Virus record (IMG/VR): IMGVR_UViG_3300035678_000001
Origin: a virus
Taxonomy: Duplodnaviria; Heunggongvirae; Uroviricota; Caudoviricetes
Length of the DNA stretch: 64,000 nt
Strand: one strand, 5' to 3'
Shown: positions 28,057-35,939 of the stretch, one piece after another
How positions within the stretch are numbered: position 1 is the stretch's first letter
How the letters are laid out: every line of letters begins with the position of its first letter
The notes under the pieces: model-generated
What the model was told of the DNA's origin: nothing
The model's database searches: none
What the model saw: only the letters and a program-made list of their open reading frames with translations
Program-made: the position numbers and the translations under genes

Positions 28057-28943
28057 AGCGATCCCTCCGGGGCGTTGAGCACGGCGTGCGCTCGACTGGC
28101 GATGGCCGACTTGGTGTTGGCCGTCGTGGTGATGTACGAGTCGAAGCCCTTGACCTCGACCCACTCCTTCTTGGCACCCGTCGCGTGCTGCACGTTCTGC
28201 AACTGGTGCTCCATGCCGCAGTCCTCGCAGTGCGCGTGGACCGTGCTCTCGTTGTGGTCCACGGCGTCGGTCAGCAACTTGCCACCGCAGCCCCGGCACT
28301 CGGGCTTGCCGCGCATGTCGGCTGTCGTGTCCAAGGTGGACCTCCGTTGTGGGAGTAGGTCTGGGTCGGTGGCCGCGCCGATGCCGTTGGCCTGCACGCT
28401 GTAGCCGTCTCGGGGGCAGACGTAGAGGGCGTTGCCGCTGGCACGCCGCAACTGCATCCGTGCGCCGCACACCGGGCACTGGTCGCCCTGGTGTCCCTGC
28501 GACGGGTCTTGCTGGCCCTTGCCACCCATCGGCAGGTCGGTCGTCGGGGCACCAGCGACCGGACCCTGGTCCGGCAACTCGCGCTGGCGGTTGTTGACCG
28601 GCACGAGGGTGAACGCCTGGCTGCGCGGCACGACGAGAGTGCCGCTCTCGGTGTCCACCAGCACCTTGGACGAGTCGGCCTTGTGCAGCCGCACCTGCTT
28701 GACGGTGACGGTCGTGTTGTTCGGACCACGGATCACGTCGCCGGGCCGCAACTTGTCGGCACTGCTGGGGATCTCGGTGGCAGTGCGCTGGTTGCGCGCC
28801 ATCTGGCGGCGCACGCGCTTCTGGTCGGTGGTCGGGTTCTTCTGCACGACCTCGCGAGGACGCATGGGCACGGTGCGCGGCTCATCGTCGGACGAGCGCA
28901 GCCCCTTGGGCTTCGCCGCCACGCACTCGAACCCGATCTCCAC
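28053..28943 (-). CDS. Protein with SH3-like barrel and two zinc ribbons
   Basis: LRPGDVI barrel; CPVCG...YVCPRDG; CRGCGG...HCEDCG; preceded by the late motif. Confidence 0.7.
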   Translation of the reverse strand: MEIGFECVAAKPKGLRSSDDEPRTVPMRPREVVQKNPTTDQKRVRRQMARNQRTATEIPSSADKLRPGDVIRGPNNTTVTVKQVRLHKADSSKVLVDTESGTLVVPRSQAFTLVPVNNRQRELPDQGPVAGAPTTDLPMGGKGQQDPSQGHQGDQCPVCGARMQLRRASGNALYVCPRDGYSVQANGIGAATDPDLLPQRRSTLDTTADMRGKPECRGCGGKLLTDAVDHNESTVHAHCEDCGMEHQLQNVQHATGAKKEWVEVKGFDSYITTTANTKSAIASRAHAVLNAPEGSL

Positions 28944-28958
28944 CGATGCTCCCTGTCC

Positions 28959-28970
28959 TCACCCCTTCAC
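28959..28970 (-). promoter_or_regulatory. GTGAAGGGGTGA motif copy
   Basis: Exact 12-mer between the tRNA cluster and the head-module genes. Confidence 0.7.
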
Positions 28971-29032
28971 GGCGGTGGGGACAGGTTGGACAGGATCAGC
29001 ACGCCGACGTAAGCCTCGACGTGTCCTTGAGG

Positions 29033-29106
29033 TGGCTCCCCAGCGAGGACTCGAACCTCGATCTCGTGGACCAGACCCACGCCGGTTGCCATTACCGCAC
29101 CGGGGA
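29033..29106 (-). tRNA. trnQ: tRNA-Gln(CTG)
   Basis: Acceptor TCCCCGG/CTGGGGA, G73, encoded CCA; anticodon stem CGTGG/CCACG, loop GT-CTG-GT; T-loop TTCGAGT. Confidence 0.9.
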
Positions 29107-29123
29107 CCGTTGATACATCTATC

Positions 29124-29198
29124 TGGCGAGGTGCCGAGGAGTTGAACCCCGGTCTGTCGGGTTGGAGCCGACCGTCCGTTCCGCTGGACCAGCACCCC
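29124..29198 (-). tRNA. trnW: tRNA-Trp(CCA)
   Basis: Acceptor GGGGTGC/GCACCTC, encoded CCA; GTCGG-CT-CCA-AC-CCGAC. Confidence 0.92.
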
Positions 29199-29303
29199 TT
29201 GGGTGGTGGCCGGGAGGACTCGCTACGTCAGCGTTGCTGTCGGCGCGGGGTCCACCCGGCGCCGGTCCATCGCTGCGTGCTCATGAGATGGACGGTAACA
29301 CGT

Positions 29304-29373
29304 TGGGGTGAGGCGGGGAATCGAACCCCTCCACCCGGATCACAACCGGGTGCCCTGACCACAGGAACCTCAC
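29304..29373 (-). tRNA. trnH: tRNA-His(GTG), short D-arm, no encoded G-1
   Basis: CCCGG-TT-GTG-AT-CCGGG; C73 plus CCA; T-loop TTCGATT. Confidence 0.82.
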
Positions 29374-29375
29374 AG

Positions 29376-29447
29376 TCCGCTCCCGAGGAGTTGAACCTCG
29401 CTTTCCCGGTTATCAGCCGGGTGCCCTCACCGATGGACGAGGAGCGG
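29376..29447 (-). tRNA. trnI: tRNA-Ile(GAT)
   Basis: Acceptor CCGCTCC/GGAGCGG, A73, no encoded CCA; CCCGG-CT-GAT-AA-CCGGG. Confidence 0.9.
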
Positions 29448-29457
29448 TTGTCTCTCG

Positions 29458-29530
29458 TCGGGGAGGGAGGACTCGAACCTCCGTCTACCTGCACCCAAGG
29501 CAGGTGGCCTAGCCGCTGGCCCACACCCCG
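29458..29530 (-). tRNA. trnP: tRNA-Pro(TGG)
   Basis: C1:G72 acceptor, A73; CCTGC-CT-TGG-GT-GCAGG; T-loop TTCGAGT. Confidence 0.9.
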
Positions 29531-29533
29531 TTG

Positions 29534-29563
29534 TAGCCCGAGGCGCAGGTGCGCGTCGGGCTA
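29534..29563. other. Stable hairpin TAGCCCGA-GGCGC-AGGT-GCGCG-TCGGGCTA immediately 5' of tRNA-Pro
   Basis: 8-bp plus 4-bp inverted repeat. Confidence 0.55.
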
Positions 29564-29650
29564 GTTCGGAATGGGATGCCGCTGGGTCACGTCGAGGACG
29601 GTACAGCAGGAGGCCGGACAGATCCACGAGGTTCGGCGTCTACCGGGTGT

Positions 29651-29752
29651 ATGGACACCACAGAGTTGGCCCGCATCGTCATCGAGCGCCTCGACGCACT
29701 GCTCGCGTTGATCGAGGAGGTGCTCAACGACGAAGACCCGCCACCGAAGTGA
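29651..29752 (+). CDS. Possible 33-aa amphipathic peptide (MDTTELARIVIERLDALLALIEEVLNDEDPPPK)
   Basis: C/G-ending codons and helical pattern; no obvious RBS; opposite strand to all neighbours. Confidence 0.4.
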   Translation: MDTTELARIVIERLDALLALIEEVLNDEDPPPK

Positions 29753-29953
29753 CGGGCCTTGCCGACAGGTGTGACCTGCGTACCACCTCACGACCCCGCC
29801 GCTCGTGGACCTCGGGTGGCTCCTTGCGGATCGACCTCTGGTGGACGTACGACGAGCCGGTGTCGGTGCTGTCGGCACCAGGGACTCATCGGCCAGCGTC
29901 GAGTCGATGGGTCGGCCACCGAACAAGATGGTCTTGATGGCCCTGGTGCCTTG

Positions 29954-30026
29954 TAGCGGGAGTGGGACTTGAACCCACGACCTCCGGGTTATGAGCCCAG
30001 CGCGCTCCCAACTGCGCCATCCCGCG
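29954..30026 (-). tRNA. trnfM: Initiator tRNA-fMet(CAT)
   Basis: C1:U72 mismatch, three G:C pairs at the base of the anticodon stem (CTGGG-CT-CAT-AA-CCCGG). Confidence 0.92.
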
Positions 30027-30153
30027 TTGCACGAAGCCGAGCGCCTGTTCATCGAGTTCACCTGCCGAAGCAGTCACCCCGAAGGCCGGTCAATGAAGGG
30101 TTAGCCAGCCGTGTGCGCTGCCCCTCGTCTTCGTGGATGGGACCGTAGCCGGT

Positions 30154-30543
30154 TCAAGCGGACTCGCGCAAGACCATTCGGCAGCGGACCTTCACGCAGA
30201 CCGTGCCGTCCTGGCTCGGGATGTGGTTGCAGCGCGGGATCACGTCCCAGTGCGGCAGCCGCTCCACCTTGCGGGCACCCTTGACCTTCACGTTGCTCGG
30301 CCTGCTGTAGCCCTCGAAGGTCCGCTCGGCCTCGATGCACCCGTGGCACGGGCACACGGCACGGAGCGAGCCCTTGAAGCCGTTGCAGTCCCGGCAAGCC
30401 GCTGTCAGGTTCCAGCGGCGCGACGGCCCACCCACGCTCTTGGGGACGATGTGGTCCACGGTGGTGGCAGGGTCGCCGCAGTAGTGACATCGCCAGCCGC
30501 ACGCGGCGAACACCTTGGTGCGCGCACTCGGGTTGATGTTCAT
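30154..30543 (-). CDS. HNH endonuclease (McrA/HNH_5 type)
   Basis: CHYCG...TVDHIVPKSVGG...NLTAACRDCNGFKG. Confidence 0.9.
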   Translation of the reverse strand: MNINPSARTKVFAACGWRCHYCGDPATTVDHIVPKSVGGPSRRWNLTAACRDCNGFKGSLRAVCPCHGCIEAERTFEGYSRPSNVKVKGARKVERLPHWDVIPRCNHIPSQDGTVCVKVRCRMVLRESA

Positions 30544-30600
30544 GCCGGGACGGTACGGACCCGGCGGGGCTCACGCCAACAAGTTGTGCCCTTGCTGCGG

Positions 30601-30786
30601 TTAGAGCAGGTACTGCGGGAACTTGTCCAGCGCGAGTTCGAGGCGGAAGGCCGTCTGCAAGTCGCGGTGCTCGCGCTCGATGCGCTCCATCTCGTGGGCC
30701 TGGGCATCGCTGGCGGCAACGGCCTGCTCTACGCGCTGCTGCGACACGTCCGCCTCCCCCGTGATCCACCGCTGCATGAGACGCAC
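30601..30786 (-). CDS. Small coiled-coil hypothetical protein
   Basis: 61-aa ORF with phage-like codon use. Confidence 0.5.
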   Translation of the reverse strand: MRLMQRWITGEADVSQQRVEQAVAASDAQAHEMERIEREHRDLQTAFRLELALDKFPQYLL

Positions 30787-30870
30787 CTGCCCACTGTCGG
30801 GCTAGATCACTCAACGTGCAAGCCGTCAATAGGTGACTCTGACCACCCTGCGGTGCGGAATACGGACGAA

Positions 30871-31470
30871 CTACGTCCACCACCGCTCGGGCTCGTCGCG
30901 GCGCATGATGCTCGACCAGCCAGCCCGCTGCCCGGCCAGCCACGGCGTGGCTGCGTACGCCTTGATCGCCCCAGACTTGCTGGCCTCGATCAGGGCGGCG
31001 TCGAGGTGCATAGGGAGTCCCCTGGTGGCGTCCAGCGCCCGCATGGCCGACTCGTTGCCTCGCAGCACGTACGCATGGGTTCGATGCCACCAGCCGCCCT
31101 CCACGAGGCCGGGAGCGACCGGCACGGGGCTGCTGCGGCGGTCTGTCTCACCGCCGAGGTAGATCACGTCCCAGTCATCCGGTGCGTGCTTGAGGACGGC
31201 GAGCAGGCGCTCCTCGAAGTCGTCCACCAGCACGGCGTCGTCCTCGAAGACCAGCGTCGGTCCTTCCACCGTGAACCACAGCGACTGGTGCGAGCGGGTG
31301 CAGCCGTACGCCGCAGCGTTCAGTGGCGGCTGCCAGTTCGGCGGCAGAGCGAGGTCGTCACCGAGGGTGCCCCACCACCGCTTGGGCTCGATCAGGTGGA
31401 TGCTGCGGCGCCAGTCCGAGATGAACTCGTTCCACCGGCTGGGGCTGACGGTGATGACCTCGCAGCGCAT
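30871..31470 (-). CDS. Glycosyltransferase family 25-like
   Basis: GCTRSH, LVFEDDA, VIYLGG, THAYVL and LDAAL motifs; TGATG coupling with dcd. Confidence 0.8.
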   Translation of the reverse strand: MRCEVITVSPSRWNEFISDWRRSIHLIEPKRWWGTLGDDLALPPNWQPPLNAAAYGCTRSHQSLWFTVEGPTLVFEDDAVLVDDFEERLLAVLKHAPDDWDVIYLGGETDRRSSPVPVAPGLVEGGWWHRTHAYVLRGNESAMRALDATRGLPMHLDAALIEASKSGAIKAYAATPWLAGQRAGWSSIMRRDEPERWWT

Positions 31471-32030
31471 CAGTCGCGGATCTTGTAGCGGCTCTCGACC
31501 GGCCCCTGCTGGCCCTGGTAGTGGCCCTTGTTGCCGTACGGCTCGATGGCGGGCTGGGTCATCCGCTGGAAGGCGATCTGGGCGATCCTCATGCCCGCGT
31601 GCAGCCGGATCGGCCACGGGCCGAGGTTGCCGATCTCCAAGGTGATCTGGCCCTCGAAGCCGGGGTCGATGAAGCCTGCGGTGATGTGGACCGCGAGCCC
31701 CACTCGTCCGACGCTCGACTTGCCCTCGACGCGGCCCACGATGTCCGGCGGCAACTCGACCGTCTCGTTGGTGCAGGCGAGCAGGAACTCACCGGGCTTG
31801 ATGACGTGGCCGGACGCCATGATCTTCATGGGCACGGTGTGGTTCTCGGGCACCTCACGCATGTCGATCTCGGGGAAGACCAGACCGGAGAGCCGGTAGT
31901 GCCGGGGCTCGCGGATGATCTCGTTCAGCGTCATGTCGATGCTGGCAGGATTGAGGTACTTCTCGTCGTACGGCGAGTAGCCGATCCACTTGCCCTCGAT
32001 GGCTGTGGTGATCTCACCGTCTGACAGCAC
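31470..32030 (-). CDS. dcd: dCTP deaminase
   Basis: LSDGEI, NPASIDMTL, GKSSVGRVGL, AGFIDPGFEGQITLEI, GMRIAQIAF, YQGQ. Confidence 0.95.
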   Translation of the reverse strand: MLSDGEITTAIEGKWIGYSPYDEKYLNPASIDMTLNEIIREPRHYRLSGLVFPEIDMREVPENHTVPMKIMASGHVIKPGEFLLACTNETVELPPDIVGRVEGKSSVGRVGLAVHITAGFIDPGFEGQITLEIGNLGPWPIRLHAGMRIAQIAFQRMTQPAIEPYGNKGHYQGQQGPVESRYKIRD

Positions 32031-32054
32031 GTGTTCTCCCTGGTGTTGTTGAAG

Positions 32055-32128
32055 TAGCCCGCCGGGGAGTCGAACCCCGAACATCACGCTCTTGAGGCGT
32101 GCGCGTCTGCCAGTTGCGCCAGCGGGCC
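32055..32128 (-). tRNA. trnL: tRNA-Leu(CAA) with short variable loop
   Basis: Acceptor GGCCCGC/GCGGGCT, A73; CACGC-CT-CAA-GA-GCGTG; 5-nt variable region. Confidence 0.88.
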
Positions 32129-32829
32129 TAGCCGAAGTCGCGCAAGCCTGCCACAACAAGTGGTGTATCTCGATAGAGCAAGGAGCGATAGATCGGCACG
32201 ATCTTCTGGTGCATGATCCGCACGCCGTCGAGCGAGTAGACGACAGGCAAGATGTCGGACGGGTAGCCCCGCATCGACCCGTCATCCATCATCCATCGCT
32301 CCATCCAGTTCTGCTTCAAGGCATGGCTGACGATGCGACCGATGATCCGCCCCCCGGCGTCGGAGTCCACGAAGTTCGGGAAGTTCAACAACGGCCACCA
32401 GTGATCGGTGGTGACTTCCTCTCGCTCTAGGCAGACCTGCTGGGCGACAGGGATGGCTGTGTCGATCCAGTGCCTCGTGGCCTCCTTGGCATCCCACGAG
32501 GCATAGATCGAGTCGATCACCTCCCTGTCTCCGGCCTTGACAGCAGAGTCATGTGGACGGGGTGGCAGCACCTCGCTGCTGGTCGGCGGCGGGGTCGCGG
32601 GGTCGTTGTCGATGCCGTCCCTGACCTCGCCCTTCACCTTGTCTCGCTCGGGCTTGGCGAGCAGCCCACGGCCCGGCCACGTCACCTGGGTGCCGAGCAC
32701 GAAGTGGTAGCCCATGTGGCTGCCACCCTGCTCGACCTCCTTGGTGCAGCGCACCTCGGGGTTCTCCGGGTGGGGCGCATCGCAGTAGGTCAGTTCGGGG
32801 TCGCGGGGCCAGGCGCCGGTCAGGTCCAT
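32128..32829 (-). CDS. Hypothetical protein (N-terminal C...C-x5-GxHxGxH-like motif)
   Basis: 233-aa ORF; A/T-ending codons in the 3' half. Confidence 0.65.
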   Translation of the reverse strand: MDLTGAWPRDPELTYCDAPHPENPEVRCTKEVEQGGSHMGYHFVLGTQVTWPGRGLLAKPERDKVKGEVRDGIDNDPATPPPTSSEVLPPRPHDSAVKAGDREVIDSIYASWDAKEATRHWIDTAIPVAQQVCLEREEVTTDHWWPLLNFPNFVDSDAGGRIIGRIVSHALKQNWMERWMMDDGSMRGYPSDILPVVYSLDGVRIMHQKIVPIYRSLLYRDTPLVVAGLRDFG

Positions 32830-33107
32830 CAGCGGATACTACCGATCTTGTTTGTAGGCCGAGGCGGCGGCAGCACGGTGAGCGGGACCATCACCGTCTC
32901 CTCCTCGATCTCGTCGTTGTGGAAGCGCATGGGCTGCACGATGCGGTCGTAGACGACGTGGCCGTCACCCTCGGCGGTGATCCGCACCCGGCGGATGCCC
33001 TGGTGGAAGGGCGCCTCGACGCCGAGCACCTCAAGCCAGTCCAGCACCTTGACTTGGAAGTCCAGCGGATCGAGGTAGTCCGCTGTCCACGATGCCCAGT
33101 CGCTCAC
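32829..33107 (-). CDS. Hypothetical protein
   Basis: GTGA/TGATG coupled small ORF. Confidence 0.55.
   Translation of the reverse strand: MSDWASWTADYLDPLDFQVKVLDWLEVLGVEAPFHQGIRRVRITAEGDGHVVYDRIVQPMRFHNDEIEEETVMVPLTVLPPPRPTNKIGSIR
32839..32857 (-). promoter_or_regulatory. Degenerate copy of the early operator/promoter spacer
   Basis: ctaccgatcttgtttgtag retains the CTAC...GTAG ends; lies just before the ATG at 32829. Confidence 0.4.
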
Positions 33108-33640
33108 ACGTCCTCGATGTGGCCGACCGTCGTCCTGTTGTCCCACTGCCGCTCGCCGTGGGTGTGCCAGCCAGCATGGCGTTCCAGTGCCTCGCAGCGC
33201 ACGTACCTGCCGTCGTCCTCGGCCACCATCGCTGTGCAGAGCCTGGCCCACGTCGGCAGTTCGGTGCTCATCACCACGCGGTCCAGTCGGACGGCAGCGG
33301 TGTAGTCCTCGTTGTGGCTCTCGAACCGCACCAGCATGTCGTCGGGGTGGCCTGCGTGCCGCTCGACGCGGGCATAGACCAGCACCCAGTCGCCGGGCCG
33401 GAAGCGTCCGTGGACCGGGCACGCCTCGTCTGGCCCCTCGATGTCCGGGCCGCTGGTGCGGCAGGTGCAGGACGGGTCTTTCGCCACGGCGGGCTCCCTC
33501 TTGGGCACGGGCAGGTTGCGGGACGACACGTCGAAGCAGGCGGCGATCTTCTTGCAGATCTCGCAGGCGCCTCGACTACGAGGGAGCCACATGTCGCTGG
33601 GCCAGTCGCGCTCCTTGGCACAGGGCTCGCAGTAGAACAT
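33104..33640 (-). CDS. Multi-module Cys/His-rich hypothetical protein
   Basis: CxxC pairs, FRPGDWV barrel, C-terminal CEALERHAGWH. Confidence 0.65.
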   Translation of the reverse strand: MFYCEPCAKERDWPSDMWLPRSRGACEICKKIAACFDVSSRNLPVPKREPAVAKDPSCTCRTSGPDIEGPDEACPVHGRFRPGDWVLVYARVERHAGHPDDMLVRFESHNEDYTAAVRLDRVVMSTELPTWARLCTAMVAEDDGRYVRCEALERHAGWHTHGERQWDNRTTVGHIEDV

Positions 33641-34020
33641 CAGGCCATCCGGCTGCGGGTGATGTCGTCCACAGCGAGGGTGGCGATGATCGTTAGCCGC
33701 TTCGGGCCTGGGGGCACGTCAGCGACCTGGGCCACCATGTCGGCACGGGCGTGGAACTCCGGGTCGTAGTGGAAGCGGCGCATCGCCAACTCGTGGAGGT
33801 CGAAGCCTCGCGGCGGGTCGGGCCAGGCCGGGTTGTGCCACTGACAGTTCACCAAGATGCACGGCAGCGCGTGGGCTGCCTCGGCTCGCCCGGTGATGAT
33901 GCGCTCGGCGGCGTCATCGAACGCCTTGGCGGCAGCGGCGACCTTCGGGTTGGTCCTGGCGAGTTCGTCCAACTGGGCACCAAGGGTGAACAGGTGCGGG
34001 TCGCTCGGTCGTCTGCCCAT
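33640..34020 (-). CDS. Hypothetical protein, probably leaderless
   Basis: ATG 5 nt after a TAAGGT -10 box. Confidence 0.6.
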   Translation of the reverse strand: MGRRPSDPHLFTLGAQLDELARTNPKVAAAAKAFDDAAERIITGRAEAAHALPCILVNCQWHNPAWPDPPRGFDLHELAMRRFHYDPEFHARADMVAQVADVPPGPKRLTIIATLAVDDITRSRMA

Positions 34021-34025
34021 GACTC

Positions 34026-34055
34026 ACCTTACTCCAAGGATTGTTGCTACGACAG
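34026..34055 (-). promoter_or_regulatory. SigA-like promoter with degenerate operator spacer
   Basis: CTGTCG-N18-TAAGGT on the minus strand; spacer resembles the CTACAAGGATCCTTGTAG family. Confidence 0.5.
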
Positions 34056-34259
34056 GGGTAGGTGGTCAGTCCACCACTTCGGGATGGCGTCGTCTCTGTG
34101 GACGCCGCCCTCCACCGACTCGAAGTGGGCCTGGTCCACGTCCACGAGGCCGAGCACGTGCTCGGTCGCCTCCTTGTCGGTGAGGCCGTCCGGCACCTCC
34201 GCGATGACGACGTTGGTGTGCCACACCGCGACCCTCACGTGACCTTCTGTCCACTCCAC
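34047..34259 (-). CDS. Hypothetical protein
   Basis: 70-aa ORF in a coupled series. Confidence 0.5.
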   Translation of the reverse strand: MEWTEGHVRVAVWHTNVVIAEVPDGLTDKEATEHVLGLVDVDQAHFESVEGGVHRDDAIPKWWTDHLPLS

Positions 34260-34396
34260 GGGTCGTCGTGGCGCTCCTTGCCGTCGCTGCGCTTAGTGTC
34301 CAACTTCTTCGCCATCCGGCGCTGCTCGCGGTTGCCCTGCGGGTCACCGAGCACCCGCCGTGGCTGGACGACCTGCTTCATCCGTCGCTGGGGCAT
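34235..34396 (-). CDS. Small basic hypothetical protein
   Basis: TGATG coupling. Confidence 0.45.
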   Translation of the reverse strand: MPQRRMKQVVQPRRVLGDPQGNREQRRMAKKLDTKRSDGKERHDDPWSGQKVT

Positions 34397-34662
34397 CAGG
34401 CCAGCCTCTCCAACTCGGTGTCGTTCCACGGCACGTTCTTCTCGTCGCGCTCGTGGTCGATCTGGTCGATCCACACATCGTCGTCACCGGACTGCAACCA
34501 GTCGAGACAGTCCTGGGGCGTGATGCTTTCGGGGGTGCGGTCCGGGTCGTCCTTGGACCGCCGGTTGTACGACTCGTTGAGCCAGGCGGCAACCTCGGCC
34601 TCGGGCACGTCGATCTCCGAGACGCCCGTCGTCTCGCGCTTCCACTCGACCTTGATCTTCAT
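34396..34662 (-). CDS. Acidic hypothetical protein
   Basis: ATGA coupling. Confidence 0.6.
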   Translation of the reverse strand: MKIKVEWKRETTGVSEIDVPEAEVAAWLNESYNRRSKDDPDRTPESITPQDCLDWLQSGDDDVWIDQIDHERDEKNVPWNDTELERLA

Positions 34663-34841
34663 GCAGCCCACCGGAAGCCGGTGCGCGAGATGTGCCGGTA
34701 GTCGTGGTCCATCGGGTCCACCTCGCACTCGTAGACCTGCTCGTTCACGATGATCTGCTCGCCGCAGAACTCGCGCCGGTCCTCGGTCGGCCACCACCAC
34801 GGCGTGTTGTTCTGGATCCGTCGTCGCAACTTGGTCAGCAT
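34659..34841 (-). CDS. Hypothetical protein with C...C-x4-H-x3-H motif
   Basis: TGATG coupling. Confidence 0.55.
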   Translation of the reverse strand: MLTKLRRRIQNNTPWWWPTEDRREFCGEQIIVNEQVYECEVDPMDHDYRHISRTGFRWAA

Positions 34842-35014
34842 CAGCCTGCTCCTACCAACTCGATGTCGTGGTCGCGCTCCATGTGTCCGGCGAGCGCCAT
34901 CAGCCAGGTCGCGAACCCAGGCTGCGGGTCACGACGCTCCCGCTCGCAGTAGCCGCAGCCGTCCTGCCACGGGATGTTGTCGGTGTCGCTCGGATTGACC
35001 GCCACCCGCCTCAC
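34841..35014 (-). CDS. Small zinc-finger-like protein
   Basis: CGYC...HMERDH; GTGA coupling. Confidence 0.55.
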   Translation of the reverse strand: MRRVAVNPSDTDNIPWQDGCGYCERERRDPQPGFATWLMALAGHMERDHDIELVGAG

Positions 35015-35781
35015 GACCCCTTCTCGCAGTCGCACGGGTCTTCATCCGAGCCGCAGACAGAGCACGCTTCCAGCCCGCCCGCGATGGCCTTGGTGGTGGG
35101 CATCATCGGCAGCGCCATCAGGCCAGCAGCCTCGGCGGTCGTGAGCCCCAACTGCACGGCCTTGTTGGTGACCATCGCCTCGATGTCGGCACGGGCGCGC
35201 TGCACGACGTTCTCGGCGTGCTCGTTGAGGCTCTTGGCTGCGAAGTCCATGTTGGCCTCGACGTGCATGAGCGCGCTGCGGATCTTGTCCACCGCCTCGC
35301 GCTTGGTCTTCGGCGTGGCGTCCTTGGGTAGCGCGTCGTACGCCGCCATCGCCTTGGTGGCGCGGTCGAAGACCTTCTTGGCTGCGCCCCGCACCTCCTC
35401 CATCGAGTGGCCCAGGCGCGGGTCGTACGGCAGCCCTGGGATGTCCCACTGCTCCCCGACACGGCGCAGGGTGCAGGGCACGCCGGAGGTGTTCATGGAG
35501 GACACGAACGACGCCCACTGCGCCTCGCTCATCTCGACCTCGACCAGCGGCGTCATGTCGGCGTGGATCCAGTCGCGGTTGAGGTCGCGATGGCGGGTGG
35601 CCGAGTGGACCGAGATCCGCACCTTGTGCTGATGCTGGATGTCGCTGTCGAACAGCACCGACTCGCCACCCGAGGTGCGGCTGGCAGAGATCATGCCGAA
35701 GGCCGGGTGCTCCTCGGCGTAGGCACTGTCGGTGCCCCACGACGGGCCGGGCTTGCGAGTTGGCTCCTGCGGCTCGTGCAT
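35011..35781 (-). CDS. Conserved-looking phage hypothetical protein
   Basis: HPAFG...LFDSDIQH...VEVEMSEAQWASFVSSMNTSGVPCTL pattern recalled from diverse phages; function unknown. Confidence 0.75.
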   Translation of the reverse strand: MHEPQEPTRKPGPSWGTDSAYAEEHPAFGMISASRTSGGESVLFDSDIQHQHKVRISVHSATRHRDLNRDWIHADMTPLVEVEMSEAQWASFVSSMNTSGVPCTLRRVGEQWDIPGLPYDPRLGHSMEEVRGAAKKVFDRATKAMAAYDALPKDATPKTKREAVDKIRSALMHVEANMDFAAKSLNEHAENVVQRARADIEAMVTNKAVQLGLTTAEAAGLMALPMMPTTKAIAGGLEACSVCGSDEDPCDCEKGS

Positions 35782-35939
35782 CACTGCCCCTCCGAGGCGT
35801 TAGCAGCGGGGGCCAACGGGCACTCGCACTCCCCGTCATCCACCAGGCATCCAACGGGTTCCGCGTGGTCGGCGGCGTCGTGAGCGCAGACGGGACACTC
35901 GGTGTCTTCGCTCACGACCTCCCATACAACCTGCGTCAT
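35781..35939 (-). CDS. Small Cys-rich protein (CPVCAH...CEC)
   Basis: ATGA/TGATG coupling on both sides; not in the ORF track. Confidence 0.55.
   Translation of the reverse strand: MTQVVWEVVSEDTECPVCAHDAADHAEPVGCLVDDGECECPLAPAANASEGQ

Noticed and set aside
29204-29300. Eighth tRNA or tmRNA
   Set aside because: No 5' acceptor strand, no TTC T-loop, and far too short for tmRNA; kept only as a structured spacer
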